A stretch of DNA of 44,170 nucleotides from an uncultured Bacillota bacterium (GCA_937868875.1 CALMNP010000417.1:1-44170), one strand, 5' to 3'. Shown: positions 19,960 through 28,975, counted from the first letter of the stretch. Made by a program: numbers and translations. Notes: generated by a model not told the origin, from the letters alone.

Positions 19960-20970
19960 TTAACGCCGGGTGCCGCGCTTCACCAGGTGTTGCATGATCT
20001 TCATCTGGTCCAGGGCGCGGCCCGTGCCGGCGGCCACGCACTCCACCGGGTTGTCGGCCACGCGGGAAGGGAGTCCGGTCTCGCGCTGCAGCAGGGTAGC
20101 CATGTTGCGGAGCAGCGAGCCGCCGCCGGTCAGCGTGACGCCCTGGTCGTAGATATCGCACAGGAGTTCCGGCGGGCAGCGCTCGATCACCGTGCGTGCC
20201 GCGCTGGTGATCTGGGAGACGGGTTCGGCGATGGCCCGGGCTATCTCCTCGGACGTCAGCTCAAGGCAGCGGGGCAGGCGGGTGGACATGTCCAGACCGG
20301 CCACGGACGTACTCAGGTTCTCCCCGGGGAGGGCGGAACCGATGGCGATCTTGATCGCCTCGGCGGTGCGTTCACCCACCAGGATGTTGTGCTGCTTGCG
20401 CAGGTAGACCTGGATGGCCTCGTCCATGGCGTTGCCTGCCACGCGGATGGACAGGCTGGTGACGATGCCGCCCAGCGACAGGATGGCGATGTCCGTGGTG
20501 CCGCCGCCGATGTCCACTACCATGCTGCCGATGGGCTGGTCGACGGGCAGACCGGCGCCGATGCCGGCGGCCAGGGGCTCCTCGATCAGGTAGGCCTCCT
20601 TGCACCCCGCCTGCAGGGCGGCGTCCACGACGGCTCGGCGCTCCACTTCCGTCACGCTGGAGGGCACGCCCACCACCACGCGGGTGCGGCCCAGGAACTG
20701 GCGCAGGCGATTCTTCCGGATGAAGTGCTGCAGCATCAGCTTGGCCGTGTCAAAGTCGGCGATGACGCCGCCCCGGAGAGGGGTGGCGGCGACGATGCTG
20801 GCCGGCGTCCGGCCGATCATCCTCTTGGCTGCTTCACCCACGGCCAGGATGCGGCCGGAAGGCTGCTCGAGAGCGATGACGGAGGGCTCGCTGCAGACCA
20901 CCCCTCTCCCTCGGGCGAAGACCAGCGTGGTTGCCGTACCCAGGTCGATTCCCAGGTCCTGCTCAAACAA
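19960..20970 (-). CDS. rod-shape-determining actin homologue, MreB family
   Basis: FEQDLGIDLGTATT, VVDIGGGTTD and other actin-fold motifs. AAGGAGG (20985..20979) lies 8 nt before TTG 20970..20968. ATG 21006 would leave almost no leader after the putative promoter. Confidence 0.9.
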   Translation of the reverse strand: MFEQDLGIDLGTATTLVFARGRGVVCSEPSVIALEQPSGRILAVGEAAKRMIGRTPASIVAATPLRGGVIADFDTAKLMLQHFIRKNRLRQFLGRTRVVVGVPSSVTEVERRAVVDAALQAGCKEAYLIEEPLAAGIGAGLPVDQPIGSMVVDIGGGTTDIAILSLGGIVTSLSIRVAGNAMDEAIQVYLRKQHNILVGERTAEAIKIAIGSALPGENLSTSVAGLDMSTRLPRCLELTSEEIARAIAEPVSQITSAARTVIERCPPELLCDIYDQGVTLTGGGSLLRNMATLLQRETGLPSRVADNPVECVAAGTGRALDQMKIMQHLVKRGTRR

Positions 20971-21020
20971 AAAAGACGCCTCCTTGGCGATCACCGCGGT
21001 AAACATGCGCTAATACCACC

Positions 21021-21050
21021 ATTATAGAGTTCTGTAAATTGGCAGGACAA
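21021..21050 (-). promoter_or_regulatory. candidate sigma-A promoter of the minus-strand mreB paralogue
   Basis: On the minus strand: TTGTCC (21050..21045), 18 nt, TATAAT (21026..21021). Confidence 0.4.
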
Positions 21051-21196
21051 GCGGAGACCTCTGGCAAAACCGCGCTATTCCAAGTTTTTGCCGACCGTTG
21101 GGGGAGTGGCCTTGAGACGGCGGTGAACGTAACCTGTTTAAGGCCCGGCGAAAGTGGCAACCCTGGAACCAGAACGGCCAGGGAGGGAAACAGGAC

Positions 21197-21991
21197 GTGA
21201 CGGTTGACGGCGAACCCCCCAATGTCTCCAGCCAGGAGCGCCCGCCCAGGGAGCACGGCGCCAACCACGCCCTGGCGGGCCTTCTGGCCCTGGCGGCGGC
21301 CGGGCTGGCCGTCTTTGGTGTCGCCTATCTGCTCACGCGCCATATGCCCGACCCGCTGCTTCAGGTCGAGCCCGGCCTGGAGTCTCTGGGTGCCAGCCTG
21401 GAGAAGGTGACCCTGACGGTGTGGACTCCCTTGCCGACGGCAGACCAGGTGGACGCCCTGGCGTCCAGGGCCGTGCAGAACCTGGGCCTGCTGCCCGACC
21501 CGGCCTCGCCGGCGGCCCTGGCGCCCGGCGCCGGCAGCGAGCGCCGGGCCTTCCGGCTTCCCGACGAAGGAGGCACGGTGACCCTGACCCTGCACCGGGT
21601 CAGCCCTGCCGCCCTGTCGGTGGTGATGGAACTGCCTGCCCCCGCCTCCCGCTGGTGGGAATGGCGAAGCCGGCTGGTCAGGGCCATAGGGGACGATGAC
21701 GCCGAAGCAGTCCGTGCCTACACGGTGCTCCAGTTCTCAGGGGAGGGCCGATGGCTCTGGTCGTCACGGCGTTCCGTGGCAGCCTCCGTCCTCCACAGCC
21801 TGGACGCCCGCCTGGTGGAGGGAGCGGACGACGACAGCCTCTACAGCCTGACCGCCTACACGCCCCGCCTCAGACAGCGGCTGCTGGTGGCCGGGCGGCC
21901 GGTCAATACGGCGGTGGCTCTGCACTGGGACGCTACCCGGGGCCGCACCGTGCTGTGGCTGGGCTCGCCGGTCATCAACATCGAGTACTGA
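21197..21991 (+). CDS. YwmB-like (DUF1779, TATA-box-binding-fold) membrane-anchored protein
   Basis: One N-terminal TM segment (ALAGLLALAAAGLAVFGVAYLL). The C-terminal end LWLGSPVINIEY resembles YwmB family ends. It lies immediately upstream of murA, as ywmB does in B. subtilis. GGGAGGG lies 9 nt before GTG 21197. Confidence 0.6.
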   Translation: MTVDGEPPNVSSQERPPREHGANHALAGLLALAAAGLAVFGVAYLLTRHMPDPLLQVEPGLESLGASLEKVTLTVWTPLPTADQVDALASRAVQNLGLLPDPASPAALAPGAGSERRAFRLPDEGGTVTLTLHRVSPAALSVVMELPAPASRWWEWRSRLVRAIGDDDAEAVRAYTVLQFSGEGRWLWSSRRSVAASVLHSLDARLVEGADDDSLYSLTAYTPRLRQRLLVAGRPVNTAVALHWDATRGRTVLWLGSPVINIEY

Positions 21992-22056
21992 AACGGCCAC
22001 AAAGCGTCTGAACCCTTCGAAACCCTTGTTGTCAAACGCAAAGGGGGACCCCACAG

Positions 22057-23361
22057 GTGAAGATTCTGGTGGACGGCGGACACAGGCTGTCCGGCCGGGT
22101 CCGGGTGGACGGCGCCAAGAACGCGGTGCTCCCCATTTTGGCTGCGTCTCTGCTGGCGGAGGAACCCGTCACCCTGCGGGGCGTGCCGGCCCTGGACGAC
22201 GTCTTGACCATCGGCGGGGTTCTTCAGGGGATCGGCCTGGATCTGGAGATCGACCCGGGGGGAAACCTTCGCATCAACCCCGGAACCTCCCGGCTGCAGC
22301 CGACGGCCCCGGACGACCTGGTCCGGCGCATGCGCGCCTCCTTCCTCATCCTGGGGCCGCTCCTGGCGAGACTGGGCGAGGTCCGAATCGCCCTCCCCGG
22401 CGGCTGCGCCATCGGCAGCCGGCCCATCGACCTGCATCTGAAGGGCCTGGAGGCTCTGGGGGCCAAACTTGAGCACCAGCATGGCTGCATCCGCATGCAG
22501 GCGCGAGGTCTCGTTGGGACCCGCATTTATCTCGATTTCCCCAGCGTGGGCGCCACCGAGAATATCCTCATGGCAGCCGTCCTGGCTTCCGGCACCACCT
22601 TCATTGAGAACGCGGCCGAGGAGCCGGAGGTCGTGGACCTGGCCAACTTCCTCGTCGCCCTGGGAGCGCGGGTGCATGGCGCCGGCAGCAAGGTCATCCG
22701 CGTGGACGGGGTGCGTCGCCTGAAGGGTACTTCCTACACCGTCATTCCCGACCGCATCGAGGCCGGGACCTTCCTCATCGCCGGCGCCATCACGGGCGGC
22801 GACGTCTGGGTGACGAACGCCCTGCCCGAACACCTCAAGCCCACCATGGCCAAGCTCCGCGAGGCCGGGTGCGAGGTCTGGGAGGAGGAAGAGGGCGGCG
22901 TCCGCGTCCGGGCCAAGGGCCGGCCGCGTTCCCTGGACATCAAGACCCTGCCCTACCCCGGCTTCCCCACCGACATGCAGGCCCAGATGATGGCCCTCTG
23001 CACCCTGGCCGAGGGCACGAGCATCATCACCGAGACGGTCTTCGAGAACCGCTTCATGCACGTGGATGAGCTGAAGCGCATGGGTGCCCAGATCCAGATC
23101 CAGGGCCACAGCGCCGTGGTCAGGGGCGTGCCGGCCCTGTACAGCGCCTCTGTCACGGCCACCGACCTGCGGGCCGGCGCCGCCCTGGTGCTGGCCGGGC
23201 TGGCGGCGGAGGGCCGCACGGAGGTCGGCGGCCTTCACCACCTGGACCGCGGCTACGTCGACCTGGAAGGGAAGCTGCGCGCCCTCGGGGCCCACATCCA
23301 GCGGCGGGAAGAGTGGCACAGCCCATCGGCCGTGCCGGATCTGGTCGGTTCGCCCCAGTAG
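22057..23361 (+). CDS. murA: UDP-N-acetylglucosamine 1-carboxyvinyltransferase
   Basis: [24 protein letters not shown], active-site region [16 protein letters not shown], 434 aa. Confidence 0.96.
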   Translation: MKILVDGGHRLSGRVRVDGAKNAVLPILAASLLAEEPVTLRGVPALDDVLTIGGVLQGIGLDLEIDPGGNLRINPGTSRLQPTAPDDLVRRMRASFLILGPLLARLGEVRIALPGGCAIGSRPIDLHLKGLEALGAKLEHQHGCIRMQARGLVGTRIYLDFPSVGATENILMAAVLASGTTFIENAAEEPEVVDLANFLVALGARVHGAGSKVIRVDGVRRLKGTSYTVIPDRIEAGTFLIAGAITGGDVWVTNALPEHLKPTMAKLREAGCEVWEEEEGGVRVRAKGRPRSLDIKTLPYPGFPTDMQAQMMALCTLAEGTSIITETVFENRFMHVDELKRMGAQIQIQGHSAVVRGVPALYSASVTATDLRAGAALVLAGLAAEGRTEVGGLHHLDRGYVDLEGKLRALGAHIQRREEWHSPSAVPDLVGSPQ

Positions 23362-23396
23362 GGGTCTAGCGCAGCCCCGGATAGCCCAGCTTGCAA

Positions 23397-23425
23397 GCAT
23401 ATCCCTCCGTTTCCCGCCATAGACA
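23397..23425 (+). promoter_or_regulatory. candidate sigma-E-type sporulation promoter for spoIID
   Basis: GCATAT (23397..23402), then 16 nt after its ATA, then CATAGACA (23418..23425). The B. subtilis sigma-E consensus is ATA-16/18-CATACAnT. Confidence 0.45.
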
Positions 23426-23460
23426 TAACGCAGATGCGGAAAACGGAGGAGGACCTCTCC

Positions 23461-24447
23461 TTGAAGCTTCTTCCCACCCGGCTCTTCGTCTTCCTGCTGC
23501 TGATTCTGGTGGCCCTGCCCGCCCTGCTGGTGCGAGGCTGCAACTGGTCCGCCGCGCCCCGCGCACCGGAGCGGTTCGGCGGTACCCTCAGCATCCGCGT
23601 CTGGCTGCCGTCGGACAAGCGCTCCGTGGACATGGACCTGGAGGCTTACGTGCAGGGCGTGGTCGTGGGCGAGATGCCGCCCGGCTTTGAGCCCGAGGCC
23701 CTCAAGGCACAGGCGGTGGCCGCACGGACCTACGCCGTGCGCCACATGCGGCGTTTCGGTGGGCGTGGCACGGACCAGGACCCCCAGGCGGACGTGTCCG
23801 CCGATCCCGCCACCGATCAGAACTATCTGACCCTGGACCAGTTGGAGGCCAAGGAAGGAACGGCTCAGGCCCGCGCCTTCTGGGATAAGGTACGCCAGGC
23901 GGTGGAGGCCAGTCGCGGTGAGATCATCCTCTACCATGGCGCCCCCATCGAGGCTGTCTACCACTCCACCGACGCCGGGACCACGGAGGACGCCTCGGCC
24001 GTCTGGTCGGGAGAGTACCCCTATCTCAAGTCCGTAGCCAGTGACGACCGGTCATCCCCGCGCTACAGCTCCACCATGACGGTGACTCTGGCGGACCTGG
24101 CCCAGCGTCTGGGACTCAGCCCCCTGGCCGTCAAGGCCTCCAGCGGACAGGCGCTCCTCGCCGTGACGGCGAAGACGACCTCCGGCCGGGCCGCCCAGGT
24201 CAAGGTGGCGGACAAGGTCTTCTCCGGCACGGACTTCCGACGCCTGATGGGGACCGACTTCCGCTCCACGCTGTTCACCTGGAAGGTACAGGGCGACCAG
24301 GTGGAGTTCAGCTTCAACGGCTCCGGGCACGGTGTCGGCATGAGCCAGTGGGGCGCCAACGACCTGGCTGAAGCGGGGCGGGATTACCACGACATTCTGA
24401 AGCACTACTACACAGGCGTGGAATTTGGGCCCATCTTCCAGGAGTAG
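23461..24447 (+). CDS. spoIID: stage II sporulation protein D (lytic transglycosylase)
   Basis: EAYVQGVVVGEMP...EALKAQAVAARTYA and GHGVGMSQWGANDLA. GGAGGAGG (23445..23452) lies 8 nt before TTG 23461, giving MKLLPTRLFVFLLLILVAL. ATG 23434 would be leaderless relative to the putative promoter. Confidence 0.93.
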   Translation: MKLLPTRLFVFLLLILVALPALLVRGCNWSAAPRAPERFGGTLSIRVWLPSDKRSVDMDLEAYVQGVVVGEMPPGFEPEALKAQAVAARTYAVRHMRRFGGRGTDQDPQADVSADPATDQNYLTLDQLEAKEGTAQARAFWDKVRQAVEASRGEIILYHGAPIEAVYHSTDAGTTEDASAVWSGEYPYLKSVASDDRSSPRYSSTMTVTLADLAQRLGLSPLAVKASSGQALLAVTAKTTSGRAAQVKVADKVFSGTDFRRLMGTDFRSTLFTWKVQGDQVEFSFNGSGHGVGMSQWGANDLAEAGRDYHDILKHYYTGVEFGPIFQE

Positions 24448-24452
24448 CGGCC

Positions 24453-25211
24453 GTGACAGCCCTGGCCGGGGTTCTCTGGAAGCGCTGGTATGAACTGCCG
24501 TCGCTCGGGGAACACTGGTGGCCAGAGGTGATGGTCGTGAGCGACAGGCGCGCTCCCTCCCCCTGGTCCTACATCCGCAAGCTGATGATGCCGCCCTGGC
24601 GCGGCTGGGTCAGGGCACGCTGGCCTTACCTGGCCAGCCTTGTCTTGCTGTCCCTGATGCTGGGCTCGCTGGTTTACATGGAGCGGCTGCTGCCGCGGCA
24701 GGCGGAGCCGGCGCCGGGACCGCCCGAGGCGATGGACGAGGCCCGTCCCGGCGGCGCTCCCGACGACACCTCGGCCCTGGGGAGGCAGCAGGGTCCGGCG
24801 ATTCCTGCCGGGACGGCGGCGCCTGAGGAGCCGCTGCGGCCGGTCCGGGGCCGCGTGTCCAGGCCCTACGGGTGGGGGTTTTCCACCACGCTCGGCGACT
24901 ACCGGTTCCATACCGGCGTGGACCTGGAGGCCAGACCCGGCGAGGGGGTGCAGGCGGCTGAAAGCGGCCGGGTGATCTTCGCCGGCACCAACGACGAGAC
25001 CGGCCTGACCGTCATGATTGTGCATAGTGATGGGAAACAGGCCCTGTACGGGAACCTGGGCACCGTTGCCGTGAAGGAGGGACAGCAGGTCACCCGGGGC
25101 GAGGTGCTGGGCGCCACGGGGGCCACGGCCGCAGCCGAGAGCGCTGACCCGCCGCACCTGCACTACGAGGTCCTGGCCGGGAGCGAGCCGGTCGACCCGG
25201 GGCTCCGCTAG
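24453..25211 (+). CDS. membrane-anchored M23 (LytM) family metallopeptidase, SpoIIQ-position
   Basis: TM segment WPYLASLVLLSLMLGSLVYM. Intact M23 motifs HTGVDL (HxxxD) and PHLHYEV (HxH). Confidence 0.85.
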   Translation: MTALAGVLWKRWYELPSLGEHWWPEVMVVSDRRAPSPWSYIRKLMMPPWRGWVRARWPYLASLVLLSLMLGSLVYMERLLPRQAEPAPGPPEAMDEARPGGAPDDTSALGRQQGPAIPAGTAAPEEPLRPVRGRVSRPYGWGFSTTLGDYRFHTGVDLEARPGEGVQAAESGRVIFAGTNDETGLTVMIVHSDGKQALYGNLGTVAVKEGQQVTRGEVLGATGATAAAESADPPHLHYEVLAGSEPVDPGLR

Positions 25212-25258
25212 GGCTCATCCGGCCCAGCCGCTCCGACAGCCGAGAAGGTACAAGCAGA

Positions 25259-25287
25259 GGCCGGGGGTTCGCCCCCGGCCTTGTTTT
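25259..25287 (+). terminator. intrinsic terminator
   Basis: GGCCGGGGG-TTCG-CCCCCGGCC followed by TTGTTTT. Confidence 0.75.
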
Positions 25288-25313
25288 GCCCGCTGTCCGG
25301 CCCGCCGGCGGTT

Positions 25314-25342
25314 AGCATGTTCAGCCCCGCCACTCATATACA
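25314..25342 (+). promoter_or_regulatory. candidate sigma-E-type promoter for spoIIID
   Basis: GCATGTT (25314..25320) and CATATACAT (25334..25342), with spacing in the 15-17 nt range of the ATA-N16-18-CATACAnT consensus. Confidence 0.45.
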
Positions 25343-25377
25343 TGTACCAAAGCGAGTGGCGAAAGGGGCGGGCGCGG

Positions 25378-25626
25378 GTGAAGGACTACATCTGGAAGCG
25401 CGTACTGGACGTTTCCAACCACATATTCAGGACCAAAGACACGGTGCGTGACACCGCCAGGATCTTCGGCGTGTCCAAGAGCACCGTGCACAAGGATGTG
25501 ACGGAGCGTCTCCCCAGAATTAACCCGGAACTCGCCACCCGCGTCAAGCGCGTGCTCGATTTCAACAAGGCGGAGCGGCACATCCGGGGGGGTCAGGCCA
25601 CCCGTCAGAAGTACCTGGATCATTGA
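25378..25626 (+). CDS. spoIIID: stage III sporulation protein D, mother-cell transcription factor
   Basis: FGVSKSTVHKDVTERLPRINPELATRVKRVLDFNKAERHIRGGQATRQKY is nearly identical in pattern to B. subtilis SpoIIID. VKDYIWKR aligns with MHDYIKER, so GTG 25378 is preferred. ATG 25342 lies inside the putative -10. Confidence 0.93.
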   Translation: MKDYIWKRVLDVSNHIFRTKDTVRDTARIFGVSKSTVHKDVTERLPRINPELATRVKRVLDFNKAERHIRGGQATRQKYLDH

Positions 25627-25814
25627 ACGGCGGCCCCTGAGGCCGCCCCGCAGGCCGCAAAACCTGCCCCCGGAGAGGCAGGAGTCGGCCCCCCTGATGT
25701 AGAAATAACTACATAATTCGCCAGAAAATGCCCGCGTGTTTATCCTTTCCCAGCGGGGGAGAGATGCCGGGCGTTTATTTTTGGCACAGCCTTTGGACAA
25801 GCGGGGAATGGCCA

Positions 25815-26843
25815 GTGTTCGTGGCACGGGACATCGGGGTCGACCTGGGGACGGCGAACATCCTGATTTACGTGAAGGGCCGCGGCATTGTGCTGCGCGA
25901 GCCCTCCGTCGTGGCGATGGAGAAGGACTCCGGCCGGGTGCTGGCCATCGGCGAGGAAGCCAAGCGCATGCTGGGCAGGACGCCTGGGAACATCGTCGCC
26001 ACGCGGCCCCTGCGCGAGGGCGTCATCGCCGACTACGACGTCACCGAGGCGATGCTCAAGCACTTCATTCACCGGGCTGCGCCGAACCGTCTGCTGGCCA
26101 AGCCCAACATCATGATCTGCATCCCCGTAGGGGTTACCACCGTCGAGCGCCGCGCCGTCCTGGAGGCGGCTCTCGAAGCCGGGGCCAAGAAGGCCAGCCT
26201 CATCGAGGAGCCGCTGGCGGCGGCCCTGGGCGCCGGCCTTGACATCACCAAGCCCACCGGGAACATGGTGGTGGACATCGGTGGCGGCACCTCCGACCTG
26301 GCCGTTCTGTCGCTGGGCGGCGTCGTGCTCTCCGACTCGCTGCGAGTCGGCGGCGACAAGTTCGACGAGGCCATCGTCCGTTACATCAAGAAGGAATATA
26401 ACCTGCTCATCGGAGAGCGCAGCGCCGAAGAGCTGAAGATCGGCATTGGCACCGCCTACCCGGTGAAGCACGAGTCGGACAGCGAGTCCATGGAGATTCG
26501 CGGCCGCGACCTGGTGACGGGCCTGCCGAAGAACGTGCGCATCACGGCCCGCGAGACCCACGAGGCTCTGCTGGAGCCGGTGACCGCCATCGTTGACGCC
26601 ATCAAGTCTGTTCTGGAGCGCACGCCTCCGGAACTGGCGGCCGACATTATGGACCGCGGCCTGGTCCTCACCGGCGGCGGCGCCATGCTGCGCGGGCTGG
26701 ACCGCCTGATCGCGGAAGAGACGGGCATCCCGGCCCATCTGGCCGAGGACCCCATGTCTTGCGTCGCCCTCGGCACGGGCAAGGCCCTGGAATCCTTCGA
26801 GACCCTGCAGGACCACCTGGTGGTGCTGCGCAAGGTGATGTAG
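25815..26843 (+). CDS. mbl: MreB-family actin homologue (Mbl by synteny after spoIIID)
   Basis: VFVARDIGVDLGTANILIYVKGRGIVLREPSVVA, VVDIGGGTSD. GTG 25815 gives a canonical MreB N-terminus. Confidence 0.92.
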   Translation: MFVARDIGVDLGTANILIYVKGRGIVLREPSVVAMEKDSGRVLAIGEEAKRMLGRTPGNIVATRPLREGVIADYDVTEAMLKHFIHRAAPNRLLAKPNIMICIPVGVTTVERRAVLEAALEAGAKKASLIEEPLAAALGAGLDITKPTGNMVVDIGGGTSDLAVLSLGGVVLSDSLRVGGDKFDEAIVRYIKKEYNLLIGERSAEELKIGIGTAYPVKHESDSESMEIRGRDLVTGLPKNVRITARETHEALLEPVTAIVDAIKSVLERTPPELAADIMDRGLVLTGGGAMLRGLDRLIAEETGIPAHLAEDPMSCVALGTGKALESFETLQDHLVVLRKVM

Positions 26844-26906
26844 GCCCGGCGGCCCCTGGGCCGCCTGGTTCCGAGTCTGATGAGGCGTACGGAAGGAGGT
26901 GAAACT

Positions 26907-27686
26907 ATGTTACGAGGCCTTTACTCGGCCGCCTCCGGCATGATTGCGGACATCACGCGCCTGGACGTGGTCAGCAACAACCTGGCCAACGTGGGCAGTG
27001 CCGGCTTCAAGCGGGACGAGGTGGTGCAGCACGCCTTCAACGACTTGCTGCTCAGCCGCCTGAACGACCGCCCCCGAGCCGTGGGCCCTTACGTGGCGCC
27101 AACTATCGGCTATTTGGGTACCGGCACCTACGTGGACCAGGTGGTCACAGACTTCTCATCGGGAAGCCCGCGGAAGACGGACAACCCCTTCGACCTCTCC
27201 CTCCGCGACCTGCCCGGGCAGCCGACCCAGTTCTTCGCCGTCCAAACCCCGAACGGCGTGCGTTACACCCGCACCCTCAGCCTGCAGCCCCTGAACGGGC
27301 AGCTGTTATCTCCGGACGGCTACCCGGTGCTGGGCGACGGCGGTGACCCGGTTCAGGTGAGCGGCAACGGCGAGGTCCGGGTGGACGAGACCGGCCAGGT
27401 GGTGGTGGGCGGCCGCGTCGCCGGCCGGCTTCAGGTCGTCTCCTTCAACGCCCCGGAGGGCCTGCAGCGACAGGGCGCCGCACTCTACCAGGAGACGGCC
27501 GCATCCGGACAGGCTCAGGACGTGGCTGCACCCCGGTTGCTGGTGGGTTATGAGGAATCGAGCAACGTCAACCCGGTGCTGGAAATGGTCAACATGATCG
27601 AGGTCATGCGGAACTACGAGGCGGGCTCCAAGGCGGTGCAGTCCCAGGACGCCACTCTGGAGAAGCTGCTTCAGCTTCAGGCCTAG
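26907..27686 (+). CDS. flhO: flagellar basal-body rod protein (FlhO/FlgF-type)
   Basis: MLRGLYSAASGMIA...SNNLANVGSAGFKRD and the C-terminal SNVNPVLEMVNMIEVMRNYEA. GGAGGTG lies 5 nt before ATG 26907. Confidence 0.88.
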   Translation: MLRGLYSAASGMIADITRLDVVSNNLANVGSAGFKRDEVVQHAFNDLLLSRLNDRPRAVGPYVAPTIGYLGTGTYVDQVVTDFSSGSPRKTDNPFDLSLRDLPGQPTQFFAVQTPNGVRYTRTLSLQPLNGQLLSPDGYPVLGDGGDPVQVSGNGEVRVDETGQVVVGGRVAGRLQVVSFNAPEGLQRQGAALYQETAASGQAQDVAAPRLLVGYEESSNVNPVLEMVNMIEVMRNYEAGSKAVQSQDATLEKLLQLQA

Positions 27687-27790
27687 GCCCAACCAATCCG
27701 ACAACTGAAATTCCGAGGCTGGACCGCCGCGGCGGGGGCCTCGCAGCGCGGCCGATCGACTGAGGCCGCGCGCCAAGGAGGCAGAGAAGG

Positions 27791-28975
27791 ATGATCCGCT
27801 CGCTCTGGTCGGCTGCGTCCGGCATGCTGGCGCAGCAGATGAACGTCGATACCATCGCCAACAATCTGGCAAACGTCAATACCCCGGGCTTCAAGAAGTC
27901 CCGGGTGGAGTTCGAGGACCTGCTCTATCAGGTGATCCGGCCCCCGCAGCAAGTCGGGACGGGCCAGAACGCCCGTACCGTGCCGGGGCTGGACGTCGGT
28001 CTGGGCGTTCGTCCTGTGGCCACCCTGCGGCAGTTTTCGCCGGGCAACCTGCAGCCCACGGACAACCCCAGCGATTTCGCCATCCGCGGCGACGGCTTTT
28101 TCCTGGTCACGGACGGCACCGCCAAGTTCTACACGCGTGCCGGCAACTTCCAGTTAGACAGCGCCGGAAACCTGGTGACTCCGGAGGGCTACAAGCTGCT
28201 CAGCGAGGCCGGCCAGCCCATTAAGATCGACTTGAACCAGACCATGGGCGCCAAGGCGACCACCAAGGTCACCCTGGGCGGCATCATCAGTTCGAACACG
28301 CCCATCCAGCCTGACCCGGGCTCGACCTTCACCCTGGGATTCGGCGTGGTGGACAGCCGGGGCGGCCCCCAGTCCATCGACCTGACCTTCACGCACACCG
28401 CCGCTAACACCTGGACGGTAGCCAACGGCACGGCCACGACCACGCTGACCATCGACCCCACCACAGGCAAACCGACGGGCACGGCCAGCCTGAGCGTCAC
28501 CTACACGCCCTCCTACACGGGCGCCACAGCGCAGACGGTGGCCTTTGACCTCAGCCAACTGATCAGCAACAGCAGTCCCACCGACGTCAACGTGGCCACC
28601 CAGGACGGCGCCAGCGCCGGCAAGGTGGACCGCTTCAGCGTCGGCCCCGACGGCACGGTGACCCTGAGCTTCACCAACGGCCAGACACAGCAGGCCTCGC
28701 AGATCGGCCTGGCCCGGTTCTCCAATCCCGCCGGCCTGATGGCCGTGGGCCAGAACCTCTACCAGGAGACCGCCGCCTCCGGCCAGGCCCAGACGGGCAA
28801 GCCCGGCAGCGCCCAGTTCGGCAGCCTGGCGCAGTCGGCCCTGGAGACGTCCAACGTGCAGGTGGTCGAGGAGATGGTCAACCTCATCGTGGCTCAGCGC
28901 GCCTACGAGATCAACTCCAAGGCGGTACAGAGCTCCGACGAGATGCTGGGCATCGCCAACGGCCTGCGACGCTAG
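27791..28975 (+). CDS. flhP: flagellar rod/hook-family protein (FlhP/FlgG termini with a FlgE-like central insertion)
   Basis: The N-terminus MIRSLWSAASGMLAQQMNVDTIANNLANVNTPGFKKSR and the C-terminus SNVQVVEEMVNLIVAQRAYEINSK match FlgG. The protein is 394 aa, and its middle section (VVDSRGGPQSIDLTFTHTAANTWTV ... QDGASAGKVDRFSVGPDGTVTLSFTNG) is hook-like. Confidence 0.85.
   Translation: MIRSLWSAASGMLAQQMNVDTIANNLANVNTPGFKKSRVEFEDLLYQVIRPPQQVGTGQNARTVPGLDVGLGVRPVATLRQFSPGNLQPTDNPSDFAIRGDGFFLVTDGTAKFYTRAGNFQLDSAGNLVTPEGYKLLSEAGQPIKIDLNQTMGAKATTKVTLGGIISSNTPIQPDPGSTFTLGFGVVDSRGGPQSIDLTFTHTAANTWTVANGTATTTLTIDPTTGKPTGTASLSVTYTPSYTGATAQTVAFDLSQLISNSSPTDVNVATQDGASAGKVDRFSVGPDGTVTLSFTNGQTQQASQIGLARFSNPAGLMAVGQNLYQETAASGQAQTGKPGSAQFGSLAQSALETSNVQVVEEMVNLIVAQRAYEINSKAVQSSDEMLGIANGLRR

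Noticed and set aside
21856-23964. 702-aa minus-strand ORF across ywmB-murA-spoIID
   Set aside because: Antisense to well-supported genes and spanning two intergenic regions. No SD and no recognisable domain. High-GC artefact.
27751-27758. GCCGATCG upstream of flhP, resembling the sigma-28 -10 box GCCGATAT
   Set aside because: No TAAA/TCAA-like -35 lies at 14-16 nt (the region is GGCGGGGG). In GC-rich DNA this octamer is plausible by chance.
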